NCBI GenBank assembly: GCA_951406725.2
Contig: OX597834.1
Location: forward strand, 32,240,001 to 32,304,000
Direction of reading: 5' to 3'
Source of the DNA: Octopus vulgaris
Lineage: Eukaryota
DNA: 64,000 nt
Under the pieces are notes generated by a model. It did no database searches. It was not told the DNA's origin and was given only the letters and a program-made list of their open reading frames with translations. Both the position numbers and the translations under genes were made by a program. Of this stretch, positions 1-14,002 are shown one piece after another (within the stretch, counting starts at the first letter, position 1; every line of letters begins with the position of its first letter).

Positions 1-1104
1 TGGGGAAATCGGGGGAATAGGGGTCAGGTTCATGCTAGGGGATGAGGGGATATGAATTACTCATTATCATGTAAACACAGATGGTCTAGCAAGACAGTTT
101 AACTATCAAGGCTTTGGAACCAAGGATGTCAGAAAATCAATGGTGAATTTTATTAACACTTTTAGGATGAAAAAGGGGGTAAAAAAAAGAACATTAAAAG
201 TATAAACGATCAAATTACTGAGAAAAGAATAAAATCCACAACTACCTTTCCAAGGAAACAAAGAAAAAAGGGGAGAAAAGGGGTGGGAATTAAGCAAAAG
301 ATGGGGCAGGTGAAAGTAATGGGTTGTGGACATGATTGCAAAGGCATGGTCACAAAGAATGGCCAGCAGCACTCACAAGAGCCACCCCACCTTGTGGGGC
401 TTAGACAGACAGCAGTTACTCTTATTTTACACAGGAAATCAACAGTGGTGGGGGAAGAACACCTGAGGTCTTGACAGTGACTGACCACGCCTATCTTTGG
501 TAGTTTGTAATGGATAAAGGCTTAACCACTTGGCATAATTAGATGCTTCCTCTAACCAAAAGAAAATTAATTATGTCACTGCATGTGGTTTGGAAAAAAA
601 CTATGTTTAAGGTCAAGTGCTCATTGTTTCATGAAAGGCTGTTGACAAAACACAAGCTGATGTGTATGTGTGTGTGTGGTTATAATTATGCGAAAGTTTA
701 TGTGTATGAAAGTGTGTGTTTTGAAGCAATTAGTAAAAATTGGACAATTCTGTAAAAAGATAGAAATAGAAATATCATTATTAGCAGTAGGGGAGGCATT
801 TTATATCTGCCTTTCGATGCTGGCATGAGTGAGATGCTTTTTTCCAAATAAGGGTTTTACAGCTGGATACCCTTCCTGTCACAAACCTTTTTAGTTGCCT
901 CTTGTAACACAGTGAATATATACACACACATATATATGAATGAGTGGACAAACAAAATAAAAAAGGCATTCAACACCTTTCGTAGGAGTTACATATATTA
1001 TTATTTAAAACAGTATGGAACCGAATCAAGGGTGTGGCTATGTAACCAAAGCCTCGTGAGTGGATCTGGTAGGCGGAAACTGAAAGAAACCCATCTTATA
1101 TGTG

Positions 1105-1735
1105 TCATCATCATTTAACGTCCGTTTTCCGTGCTAGCACGGGTTGGACGGTTCGACCAGGGTCTGGGAAGCCAGGAGGCTGCACCAGGCTCCAGTCTGA
1201 TCTGGCAGTGTTTCTACAGCTGGATGCCCTTCCTAATGCTAACCACTCCGCAAGTGTAGTTGGTGCTTTTTACGTGCCACCGGCACAGGTGCCAGGGGAG
1301 TCTTGCAGCGGCCACGATCGGTTGGTGCTTTTAACGTGCCACCGGCACGGAAGCTAGTCAAGGCAGCTATCCATTGATAAGAACATCGAAATAAATATCA
1401 ATGGAAATAGTAGTTGTGATACCTGTGCAGGTGGCACATAAAAGTCACCATCTGAACGTGGCCGATGCCAGCGCCGCCTTGACTGGCTTCTGTGCCGGTG
1501 GCACGTAAAAAGCACCACCTGAGCGTGGCCGCTGCCAGACTCCCCTGGCACCTGTGCCGGTGGCACGTAAAAAGCACCCACTACACTCGTGGAGTGGTTG
1601 ACATTAGGAAGGGCATCCAGCTGTAGAAACACTGCCAGATCAGACTGGAGCCTGGTGCAGCCTCCTGGCTTCCCAGACCCCGGTCGAACCGTCCAACCCG
1701 TGCTAGCACGGAAAACGGACGTTAAACGATGATGA
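1105..1735. mobile_element. Palindromic double copy of a (GAT)n-tailed retroelement, nested in a SINE A (1030-1950)
   Basis: 1105-~1365 is the reverse complement of ~1475-1735 with few mismatches; both outer ends carry CAT/GAT tails. Confidence 0.9.
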
Positions 1736-1965
1736 TATATATAATGTGTGGGAGGAAGTGTCTTTGTGTTCATCTCCTCATAATCACTTGACAACCGGTG
1801 TTGGTGCGTTCATGTCACTGTAACTTAGCAGTTCAGAAAACGAGACTGACAGAATAAGTACTAGGCTTCAAAAATAAGTCCTGGAGTTGATTTTTTTTAC
1901 TAAAACTCTTTAAGGCAGTGTCTCAGAATGGCGACAGTCAAATGACTGATACATATATAGAAGCA

Positions 1966-2314
1966 AAGGAGTGGCTGTGTGGTAAGAAGCTTGCTTCTCA
2001 ACCACATGGTTCCGGGTTCAGTCCAACTGCATGGCACCTTAGGCAAGTGTCTTCAACTATAGCCTCTAGCCAGCCAAAGCCTTGTGAGTGGATTTTGAAA
2101 GAAACCCATCGTGTGTGTGTGTATATATTTGTGTCTGTATTTGTCTCCCCACCATCACTTGATAACCGATGTTGGTGAGATTATGTCCCCATAACTTAGT
2201 GGTTCAGCAAAAGAGACCAATAGAATAAGTATCAGGCTTACAAAGAATAAGTCCTGGAGTTGTTTTTCAGACTAAAGGCGGTGCTCCAGCATGGCCACCG
2301 TCAAATGACTGAAA
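1966..2314 (+). mobile_element. SINE family A (tRNA-derived head, CORE-like segment, internal microsatellite, two-hairpin tail)
   Basis: GGAGTGGCTGTGTGGTAAG (A box), GGTTCAGTCC (B box), GGCACCTT.GGCAAGT, tail GGCGGTGCTCCAGCATGGCC..GTCAAATGACTGAAAC. Confidence 0.85.
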
Positions 2315-2508
2315 CATATATATATATCAGTTGATTCACCAGAAGCGATAAATTACTAGACTCAACGTAAATGGATTCTTTAAAGAATTGTAAAAGCTCC
2401 AATATCAAAGAGTAGCAGGTTTGGTTTACCAGCTGATGATTGGAAACTAGAGCCTTTTAGTTATTTCATATATATATATATGTATGTATATGCATACACT
2501 TGTGTGTG

Positions 2509-2548
<40 letters not shown>

Positions 2549-2988
2549 CCTATATATACATTTATACCATATTTACAGGTGTATAAGTCGCACCCTCAAT
2601 TTTTTCAGTTAAAATCAAGAATAAAATAGACTTACGAGTAGAAATGGTATGTACATTCCTCGTGCTATCATATATATATATACATATACATATGTACATA
2701 CACACGACAGAGACATGCCTTTGGGGTTAGCCAAGTAGGCAGCATGTACCCAGACTAATAACATTACAACCATAAAATATTAATCATTAAATACGTTTTT
2801 TTAAAAAAAAAAGCACTTTGAAATCTTTGGAAAGTGTTAATTCAATATATAAATAAACATGGCGCTATTTCTTTGCAGTTCCTTACATATGCCATAGAAC
2901 CGTGTCAACAATACCAAAGTAAGCAATACCTACAAACTATAAATCCGCGCCACTTGAATTTGTCTATATTCCCGTTACTCTTGTCTAG

Positions 2989-3030
2989 ATGTCTGACGAG
3001 ATAGGTTCGTCCTAGGAAACTATGTCATAT
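2989..3030 (+). ncRNA. Type I hammerhead ribozyme motif
   Basis: ATGT-CTGACGA-ga(TAGG ttcgt CCTA)g-GAAAC-tat-GTC-ATAT; canonical core, but the base of stem II is mismatched. Confidence 0.5.
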
Positions 3031-4378
3031 GGAGCTAGTTGACACTGCTTATAAATAATATATGAAACTTCTACCGAAAGTGTTGAGTGCCATTTTCGTT
3101 CGTCCAGTAGCTACTGTATATGTGTGTGTGTGTGTATAATATATCTCGTTATACATGTATACATTAAATACGTGATATTATGAAACTTGAGCGCTGAGTG
3201 CAACTCAAACATGCATAAGAAACCATGACATAACGGAAGAAGAAATAACTGCTGTTGTCTCTGGAGAGCCAGACATGTGATACACACACTCGCATAAACA
3301 CAAAAATATATAAACAATAAAATGCTTTGGTTATTAAATATTTCTTAATTACTGTACTTCCTAATTAAATTTCTTTCGTTCTTTAAATAATTCAGGCGCG
3401 CTGTCGACTGAGCTTTGTGACTGCGAGGCCATTTGTTGACAGTTAACAGTTAATAACATACAATCAATGTCTACTGCCCACCCTGAGTGTTTACTCACGT
3501 CCACATCTCTGATTACATGGGTATACTTATAAATATACAATGACAAGCCACTGTATATGCATTTTTGTGTGTGTACATGTCGGCTACATGTCTGTGTGTG
3601 CATTATATTATTTAAAACAGTTCTATTCGGTTCCGTTAAACTGTTTTAAATAATACATGGAACTCCAGCTAAATGTGTTGAGCGCCCTTTCCCTTCGTTT
3701 GTCCACTAACTCGTGTGTGTGTATATGTATATATATGCTCATATGAATGAATTCACGTGTATATGACTGCTGACGATAAGCAAACTGAAACTTCGAAATC
3801 ACTAAATGAACATGTACAGTAGTACCAAAGAGTAGTGACTAATCTTCTACTTAAATGTTAAACTGCTTCTATATAAAACAATAAACACACACGCATACAT
3901 ACGGACAAATATACACAAATAATTTAGCTTATACACTGACTCGACATCATTCTCTCTATACACGAACACATACAAACAGTATTCTAGTTCACACACTGGC
4001 TATGTATATATTTATAGACATTGTGGAAGTTAACTGGCCTTATCTCATCCGATATGTATCTGGGGTTTCATTCTATTAACTATCATGGAACTATTTGTAC
4101 CGATATCTCAGTCCATACGTACTAGTGAGTGTGTGTGTGTATGTGTATACATACATACATATTCGTGGAAGCTGAAACTTCACGAATCTAGTCCGAGTTA
4201 CCTGTCTCTAACCTTCGGACAATTATCAATAAAAAAAAAAAGAAAAAGGTAATTTTACCAGCTTCAAGTACATACACATTCCTCCCTCGATGTTCACACC
4301 TGAGAGTATATATATATATATATAAAACACAACAGTATCTCATCTGACATGACAACCAGCTCACATAACGCTTCAGTA

Positions 4379-4435
<57 letters not shown>

Positions 4436-5511
4436 CAGATGCGTCTATATTTATTTTGTGTGTGTAGTGACATGGGAGTAAACAGGTGTAACCGTTATGT
4501 AATTATGGGTATTGGTATATGCGAGAGTGTTGTATTGTTAGAACGTAAAACTAAGAGGAATTTGTCGATCAGATCAAAAATATTTTTGTTCGTGTGTGTG
4601 CGTGTATATATACACACACATACATATATACATATGTATGAGCATATTCGTGTGTGTGTATATATATATATGTTGTAAAAAAATGGTCTGTTCCATGCTT
4701 GTTTTTCCATGTTCATTTCTCGTTGAGTTCTGCATATATATTTATATATGCATGTATATATACATGTAGATGTAGGTACGTATGTATGTATGTATGCATA
4801 TATTTTATTTATTACACTTTTATATATATATATATACGGTACTTGTCAAACCTATACATATATACATACATACAAATCATAGCAGAAAGTAGAGGAAAAT
4901 AAACAAAACAAAAAAAAAACAGCAAACGATGCGCGCGCGCGATTATACACACATATATACATATACCATATATATATATATACACGCACACATGCATAAA
5001 TATACACACTGTCGGAAACTGTCGTGGAAAAAAATACTAGTATGTCATGTCAAAGAGACCAGCAATGTCTTGTAAATTGTTTGGATTCCGGAATACGAAG
5101 AGGAGGGCTTTGAAGAATGTGTGTGTGTTGCGACTAATTGATGCTCTGTGTGTTTGTGGTTGTGCGTGGCTGGTATATTGCAATATAGCAACAACAACAA
5201 CAACAATTATAATAACAACAACAACAATAATAATAACAATAATTGTTTCTACTGTAGGAGGCACGAGACCTGAAGATTTATTTGCATTGGAGGTTGCCAG
5301 TCGATTAGATCGACCCCAGTTCTCGACTGGTACTTGTTTTATCGACTCCGTAAAAAGGATGAAAGGCAAAGTCGACCCTCGACGGAATTAGAAATAGAAT
5401 AAACAACAATAATATTATTGGCAGCAGCGAGCAGAATATATATATATATAATAATAATAATGGTAATAATGATAATAACAAACCAGTTTATAAAAGCTCT
5501 GTAGTACTTAC

Positions 5512-5610
5512 CATTAACGCAGGACTTTATTGAAATTATTCCGAGGCAAATAGAAGGGAAAGAACAAAGATAATATGAAAAAAAATGGTCTCTGAAGGTT
5601 GCCGTCTGTG
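5512..5610 (-). other. Candidate first exon ending ATG|gtaagta, with possible promoter at ~5610-5790
   Basis: Perfect donor directly after an ATG; unique sequence; adjacent CpG-containing segment with a CRE-like TACGTCA (5728-5734). 5' end unknown. Confidence 0.3.
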
Positions 5611-6628
5611 TATACCGTAGCTTATATATGTGTGTGTTTTTATATATATAACGGTTGTGTTTCCGTTCAGTAAAAGAGTTGTCAAAAAGATATGTCGGTC
5701 ATCAAAACCACTTTATGGGAGGGCTGCTACGTCATAGAGCGGTGTAAGATAAACGAATGTTCTCTCTGAACGATCTTCCGTTATGGCCTTCTGTAAACTT
5801 TTTTTTTTTTCCTTTTGATTTCGGGAATGTATATTAAATGTGTATTCGTCTTTATCTTCTATTATAATTCTATTCTCGTCGAAGATGTTTTATACAAATA
5901 TTACACGAACCTCCTGGACCGGACAAAAACTTGTTAGAATTCCTTGTTTTAACTTTTTTCCTTTTGGAAACAACGAATCCCACACACTTCACGGACGTGT
6001 TTTGCGCTTCTGTAGTTAGTGAGCGAGATTCTTGACGTGAACTCGTGTGTTGAAACAAATTTTCTTGCATCCAAGATGTGTCATTACGTCAATAATAAAC
6101 ACATGCACTGGTACTATTTCACCTATTTTATTATCATTAGTCAACTGGTTAGTTAAAGAAGTGAAATTTAAATCAGTGCCAGTGTCTATTATTGGCGAAA
6201 TGACCGTTCCGAAATACAACAAAGTATGTGTGTTGTTTAAACGCCAGAATCTAGGCCCAGGAAAAATCCCTATAAAGATCTATTGTGTTAAGAAATCACA
6301 ACACACTTCGATCCAAAAAACACGATCTTTCTTTGGTTTTGCGAATTTATATAAAAGATGAATGTATCGTTTTTGTCTTCTGTTATAATTATATTCTCAT
6401 CTAAGATGGGTTTTTTTTTTCTAATCGAAATATCGCATCAAGCTCCAATGATTTGTCAGCTACTTTAGTTTATCGGTCAGCGGAAAGATGGAAAAAAATC
6501 ACCCCAAAAAACTGAGACGGTATACCCACACAAATGTGCCCCCCTCCCCACTTTGTTTCCTCATAACTTTCAGAAAATTGATATCTTTTGAAAAGAAATT
6601 TTCTACAAATATTTTTCAGAGGTTCAGA

Positions 6629-6779
6629 CTGTGTGGTAAGTAACTTGCTTCCCAACCACATGGTTCCGGGTTCAGTCCCACTGCGTGGCACGTGGGCAAG
6701 TGTCTTCTACTGTAGCTTTGGGCCGACCAAAACCTTCTGAGTGGATTTAGTGGACGGAAACTGAAAGAAGCCCGTCGTA

Positions 6780-6821
<42 letters not shown>

Positions 6822-7122
6822 GTTAAGTATACGTCCGATCATAGTGACCAGTGGTTTCACATCCGTAAAGGGCTTAGCCATATGGAGAACTCATATATAT
6901 GTATGTAAGTGTGTGAATTTATGTCTGTGTTTGTCCCCACTATAACCACAACTTGACAACCGGTGCTGGTGTGTTTGCGTCCCCGTAACTTAGCGGTTCG
7001 GTAGTAGAGACTGATAGAATAAGTACTAGGCTTGAAAAAAAAAATTACTGAGGTCGATTCATTCGACTGAAAATTATTCAAGGTGGTGCCCCAGCATGGC
7101 CGCAGTCTAATGACTGAAACAA
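6629..7122 (+). mobile_element. SINE family A
   Basis: Same head, body and tail motifs. Confidence 0.85.
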
Positions 7123-7329
7123 ATAGATGATGGGGTTAGGGTTAGATGCTAAAAATTACGATTTTATCGGAATTTAATATGAAAAAAGAAAAAAAAATGA
7201 ATGGTGGCCGCGCGTACATACATTCCGACACATGTGACATCTGTACCTGAAAATGAAATTTGAAAAAAAAAGTATATGATGTATGCGTCCCAACAATTTT
7301 GTTTTTTTACATCAAAAACTGATGTAACC

Positions 7330-7443
7330 ATAGTTCCCAATCAGTGGTCCGCAAAAATAGTACTGGGGGTCCGTAGGCATGTGGAGCTGTTAGCCCTTTC
7401 AATGTTATAGGGTCCTTAGTAGTGAAAAGTTTGGGAACCACTA
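7330..7443. mobile_element. Degenerate hAT-Charlie (MER5-like) MITE; similar remnants at ~35453 and ~57696-57942
   Basis: Ends resemble CAGTGGTTCCCAA / TTGGGAACCACT, with internal GGGGTCCG. Confidence 0.5.
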
Positions 7444-8020
7444 GACTGCACTATCTGAAAGGTATTTTACTAAAAATTCCAATAGAACTTTTCATTTAAA
7501 AATATCCATTTTTCTGTAAAGTTATGAGAAAACAAATACGCGGGCAACACGCCATCGAGACCTCAGCGGAATTTGAACTCAGAACGAAACTAGGATCAGT
7601 AAAAAAAAAAACACCTGTAAATGAAACTCTACCTGGATTTAATTTGACCGATATCCTAGCCATTCTGCCAAATCCACCGAATCGAACCGGGATCGAAACT
7701 GTAGAATTTGTATCGAAACTAAATTGAAACGAGACTTCTGGGGTCTCTGTTGGTCTTCTTTGTTCGTTATTGTTGCCGCTGTTGTATTTTTTTGGTTCTT
7801 GTTTGCTTTTTCCTATTGCTATGGTTTTTATTCATTTATCAGCGTTTTATTCCATTCATTCAATTATTATTTACATTATATTTAATTTTTTTGCCGCTTT
7901 TTCCACCTCGTTTCTTCTTTTATCGATTATAGTGATTTAGTTTGGTGGTTGTGCAACCAACCTCATGTCAGCTCTGATTAAGTATATAATCAAAGATTTT
8001 CCAGCTGTGACTGTCTAGCC

Positions 8021-8310
8021 ATTATTATTATTATTATTAATTATTATTATTATTGTTATTATTATTATTATTATTAATTATTGTTATTATTATTATTATT
8101 AATTATTATTATTATTATTATTATTATTATTGTTATTATTATTATTATTATTGTTATTATTATTATTATTATTAATTATTATTATTATTGTTATTATTAT
8201 TAATTATTATTATTATTGATATTATTATTATTATTAATTATTATTATTATTATTATTATTATTATTTATTATTGTTATTATTAATTATTATTATTATTAT
8301 TATTACTAAT
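8021..8310. repeat. (ATT)n microsatellite
   Basis: Direct observation. Confidence 0.95.
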
Positions 8311-8495
8311 TTTTCAATTGTTTATCAAACAATTGTCTCGGATTTACATTATCGACAGTGTCCTTCCTATTCTGAAAACCCTAAGCTGTGATTTGAGTTA
8401 GTTCTAGCTGTTATTTCTAGCAAATCAAGACACCACATAAAAGGCTTTCCCGTTGGCTCGTTTTTCTCTACAATACATCCGCTACACACACTCAC

Positions 8496-8681
<186 letters not shown>

Positions 8682-9344
8682 AACAATGAGATATAAAAAA
8701 TAGTTTTTACAAGCTCAACAAGCTCTAACACTTTCATATCAATCTGCAATTTAAAAACATCATTTTGAATATCAGATTGCGTGCAAAAGCCGTCACATGC
8801 CTCTCACTTTAACACCACAAGACACCCCTACTTGGTCATTGGAGACAAACATTCGGACCAACCTATTTTAGGAAAAATAAAAAATTACTACAGACACTGA
8901 CGGCACATATTCGAGCTGGGCATAAGCTGCAGTTTGATCTCATCAGCCAGGGAGAGGACGGGGTGTTGTAAAGGTCATGAGCGTAACTCTTGACCTTCTA
9001 ACAAATTCAATATAGCAAATTAGTTGTTACAGTGCTAACGAGTAAAGGATAAAGGCCGTTCGTCCGCCAAGGAAGCCCCATAAGGCACAAAACGTTCAGA
9101 GTTGTTTCCCTTTATCTTTTGCACACTTAAAAATAATGGTTTGGCTAAAGCTAAGCCGCAATATTTTCGCTAATCACCACATTTAAACTAATCACTGTAA
9201 TTAGGCCCGATGTCGAAAACATTGGAAATGAGTCACACTATATAATTATATAATGAATAATAATAAGATTCTGTAATTAGACAAAACGATATAATCAAAC
9301 TATATATTTGGGTATGTACGTCTGTGTATGTGTGTATATATATT

Positions 9345-9708
9345 CTTTTACTTGTTTCAGTCATTTGACTGCGGCCATGCTGGAGCACCGCCTTCAGTCG
9401 AGCAAATCGACCCCGGGGCTTATTCTTTGTAAGCCCAGTACTTATTCTATCGATCTCTTTTGCCGAACCGCTAAGTGACGGGGACGTAAACACACCAGCA
9501 TCGGTTGTCAAGCAATGCTAGGGGGACAAACACAGACACACACATACATATATACGACAGGCTTCTTTCAGTTTCCGTCTACCAAATCCACTCATAAGGC
9601 ATTGGTCGGACCCGAGGGGCTATAGCAGAAGACACTTGCCCAAGATGCCACGCAGTGGGACTGAACCCGGAACCATGTGGTTGGTAAACAAGCTACTTAC
9701 CACACAGC
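9345..9708 (-). mobile_element. SINE family A
   Basis: Reverse complement of the consensus. Confidence 0.9.
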
Positions 9709-10098
9709 CGGAATTTTTTTTTTTGGGAGCTTCTCTGCAGTGGTCTCACGAAGCCCCTTCCGGAATTCCTCAAGAGAAGTGAGGGCGGCTATGTCTCCTC
9801 CTCCTCCTCCTCCACCACCACCACAACAACAACAACAACAAATCCTTTCTCCTACAGAGACATGGCCTGAAATTTGTTAGGAGGGCTTAAATCAACTATA
9901 TTAACCCCAGTGCATAACTGGTACTTATTTTATTGACCCTGAAAGAATAAAAGGCAAAGTCGATCTCAGCGGCATTTGACCTCAGAACAAAGTCAGGAGA
10001 AGCATTTTTTCAGGCCATTAACAATTCTGCCAGCTCACTGCATTTATCATCATCACAATAATAATAATAATAATAATAATTATTATTATTATTATTAT

Positions 10099-10675
10099 TG
10101 AGTGAGAGAGCAGCACATGCCATGAGAGTGACACTCGGGTACAGTTATACAAAGCCCAATATACCATCATGACTACCCATCTGATAAGGGTACACCTGAC
10201 ACATGCATCACAACCATATGTGCATGACATGGTGATCTCATATCAATAGAAACAGCAAATAATCTTGTAGGTGGGGCCCAGTTAGAATTTTCTTCAGGAT
10301 GAGTAGGCCATCCCACTCAAAAGGTCCCTGAATAAGGGTTGTTTAAGGATGTTGAACAAAACACCCATCTTTTCAGAGGTGAATTATCCAAATCCCAAAG
10401 AATTCCTCTCAGTACATGGCTATGGTGTTCCCCACTACTTCTGCTTGTGATCAAAGATGCACATATCATCAGCCATTAAGGGACATGCTCAACTGGTTAC
10501 GGTCAAGCAACTGACAAGCAAATCTCTGGTATTGAGCAGAATATTTGCTCAATATCTTTTGAGCAAATCTTTTATACCTTTTTTTATACCAAGACAAAGC
10601 AACATACATGATAACACTTCCAATTAGTTAAGATCACAAACCAGGAGAGCCACTACCTGGTATAGCATCAGGGCA

Positions 10676-10676
<1 letters not shown>
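10099..10676. mobile_element. Probable interspersed repeat sitting in an (ATT)n tract
   Basis: Complex ~580-bp block bounded on both sides by (ATT)n; no ORF; single copy in this window, so repeat status is inferred. Confidence 0.4.
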
Positions 10677-10707
<31 letters not shown>

Positions 10708-10934
10708 CCTCTCTCTCTTTCGGAGAGGCACAAGCACCTACACGCACATATACACACACGGCAGTAACTTCCACCTACCGAATTCAATCACAAAGCTCCG
10801 GCCGGCTCGGGGCTATAGTGAAAGACACCTACCCAAAGTGCCACGCAGTGGGACTGAACCCGAAACCATATAGCTAGGAAGCAAATTATTTTTTTATTAA
10901 CCAAAAGGGTTTACATTAAGAAAAAATATTGTGG

Positions 10935-11676
10935 ACAGCAAGAGAGGACAAACAGGGACAGACAAATGGATTAAGTCGGTTATATCGACCCCCAGTGCGT
11001 AACTGGTACTTATTTAATCGACCCCGAAAGGACGAAAGGCAAAGTCGGCCTCGGCGGAATTTGAACTCAGAATGTAAAGATAAACGAAATACCTATTTCT
11101 TTACTACCCATAAGGGGCTAAACACAGAGAGGACAAACAAGGACAGACAAACGGATTAAGTTGATTATATCGACCCCAGTGTGTAACTGGTACTTATTTA
11201 ATCGACCCCGAAAGGATGAAAGGCAAAGTCGGCCTCGGCAGAATTTGAACTCAGAATGTAAAGACAAACGAAATACCTATTTCTTTACTACCAACAAGGG
11301 GCTAAACACAGAGAGGACAAACGGATTAAGTTGATTATATCGACCCCAGTGTGTAACTGGTACTTATTTAATCGACCCCGAAAGGATGAAAGGCAAAGTC
11401 GGCCTCGGCAGAATTTGAACTCAGAATGTAAAGACAAACGAAATACCTATTTCTTTATTACCCACAAGGGGCTAAACACAGAGGGGACAAACAAGGACAG
11501 ACAAACGGATTAAGTTGATTATATCGACCCCAGTGTGTAACTGGTACTTGTTTAATCGACCCCGAAAGGATGAAAGGCAAAGTTGGCCTCGGTGAAATTT
11601 GAACTCAGAACGTAGTGGCAGACGAAATACCACTAAGCGTTTCACACAGCATGCTAACATTTCTGCCAACTTGCTG
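10935..11676 (-). mobile_element. SINE family B, tandem array of four ~180-bp units behind one head
   Basis: Repeated ATCGACCCCAGTG.GTAACTGGTACTTATTTAATCGACCCCGAAAGGATGAAAGGCAAAGTCGGCCTCGGC.GAATTTGAACTCAGAA. Confidence 0.9.
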
Positions 11677-11742
11677 ACAGTTTACTTTACCAAATTCTTC
11701 ATTATTTTCAGAACTAATTGTAATAAATGCAGTTTATTTGAA

Positions 11743-11902
11743 TAGGCGCAGGAGTGGCTGTGTGGTAAGTAGCTTGTTTACCAACCACATGGTTCCGGGT
11801 TCAGTCCCACTGCATGGCACTTTGTGTGTCTTCTACTATAGCCTCGGGCCGACCAAAGCCTTGTGAGTGGATTTAGTAGACGGAAACTGAAAGAAGCCCG
11901 TC

Positions 11903-11937
<35 letters not shown>

Positions 11938-12219
11938 AAACATGAGATGAGTATGTGCGAAATATAGAATCCTTTACATAAATAAATAACGTGACATACC
12001 GAAGGGACGAACATAAAAGACAAACGGGTCATTTATTCTATATATATATATACGTGTGTGTGTTTGTGTGAGTGTGTTTATGTCCCCGTTACTTAGCGGT
12101 TCGGCAAAAGAGACCGATAGAATAAGTACTGGGCTTACAAAAGAATAAGTCCCGGGGTTGAGTTGCTCGATTAAAGGTGGTGCTCCAGCATGGCAGCAGT
12201 CAAATGACTGAAACAAGTA
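11743..12219 (+). mobile_element. SINE family A, full length
   Basis: Starts AGGCGCAGGAGTGGCTG, ends GACTGAAACAAGTA. Confidence 0.9.
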
Positions 12220-12560
12220 ATTCCATCAAAATTTCATGCTATTAAAACAGAAATACAATAACAAAATGGTTAAACTGATATTTAGAACATCATCGTCTAC
12301 TATGTGGTCATTTGCCCAGCTAGAAGTAGCAGCTACATCTCCCTCAGATCACATGTTATCACCTTAAATAAACAGCATCAAATAATGTGGCCCTAGGTTG
12401 CCTGCATGCAAGAAAATGATATCATCATGGGTAGAATGCCTTTGATCATAGGCCAGTCCTGCTTAACCAGGGTGGACCAGGGGCTAAACAACAACAGCAG
12501 CAGCAGCAGCAGTAGTAGTAATTTCTGATTTCTATTCTGAAGAAGAGCCACACCCAGAAC

Positions 12561-12618
<58 letters not shown>

Positions 12619-13675
12619 CATCATCTTACAGCCATCTGTCTGTCTGTCTGTCCCTATATTTGGGTGGATAGCTGGCCAGGTGGTTGGTTGGCTAGTCAGC
12701 AGTTTTTATGTCTTTATGTCTGTCTGGCAAACTAACCGGCTTGTTGGCTCTGTGGCCGGCCAGATGTCTGTCTGTCTGTCTGGTTGACTGTCATTCTGTA
12801 TGGCTGGCTTATACACAAGAAGTGTCTATGTCCATCTAGTCCTGAGCTTTCTTGTTGATTTCCACAAAGGTGTGGTATAGACGTGACCGTGCCATTCAGA
12901 AGCTTGCTTCCCAATTATGTGATACCAGGTTCAGTCCCACGGTGTGGCACCTTGGGCAAAAGTGTCTTCTACTATGGTCCTGGGCCAACCAAAGCCTTGT
13001 GAGAGAGTTTGGTAGACGGAAACTGAAAAAAGCCAATAGTATATACGTGTGTGTGTATGTGTGAGTGTGTATGTATGTGTGTGCATGTATGTGTTTGTGT
13101 GTGCATGTGTGTGAGTATGTGTATGTGCGTGTGTATGTGTGAGTGTGTGTTTGTATGTGTATGCACGTGTGTTTATGTGTGAGTGTATGTATGTGTGTGT
13201 GTATGTACATGTATGTGTGTGTATGTGGTGAAGGTGCATGGCTTAGTGGTTAGTGTATATTTGGCTCATGACTGTATCATCAGGAGTTCAATTCCCAGCA
13301 GTACTTAGTGTCCTTGAGCAAGCTTCTTTATTTTGCTTTGCTCCAGTTCGCTCAGCTGGCAAAAATGATTCAAACCTGTAATTCAAAAGGGCCGGCCTTG
13401 ACCTCATTCTGTATCACACTGAAGCTCCCAGAGAACTAGGTTAAGGTCACATATGTCTATGGAGCACTCAGCCACTTGCATGTTAATTTCATGAGCAAGC
13501 TGTTCTGTTAATTGGATCAACTGGAACACTTGTCATCATAACCAACAGAGTGCCAGCTATTGTTTGTCCTCCACCACTGCTTGACCAGTGCTGGTTTGTT
13601 TACATCCCTATAACTTAGCTGTTCAACCAATAAGACAGTTAAAATAAGTACCAAGCTTAGAAAAAATAACAAGTA

Positions 13676-13832
13676 TAGGTGTAGGAGTGGGTGTGTGGTA
13701 AGTAGCTTGCTTACCAGCCACATGGTTCCGGGTTCGGTCCCACTGCATGGCACCTTGGGCAAGTGTCTTCTACTATAGCCTTGGGCCGACCAAAGCCTTG
13801 TGAGTGGATTTGACGGAAGCTGAAAGAAGGAA

Positions 13833-13873
<41 letters not shown>

Positions 13874-13970
13874 ACTGTTAATCCAAAAAGAAAGCATAAA
13901 AAACACAATAACGCGAGGATGGTATATATATATATATATAGGAGAAGGAAGACAAAGGAAAAAAATCGCA

Positions 13971-14002
<32 letters not shown>

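Noticed and set aside
3361-3450. ATG in good context (MASQSQSSVDSAPELFKERKKFN*)
   Set aside because: Stops after 23 codons with no convincing donor before the stop.
10935-11676. CRISPR-like regular repeats (also 39765-39856 and 59908-60303)
   Set aside because: Tandem repeats without unique spacers, eukaryotic context, no cas genes.
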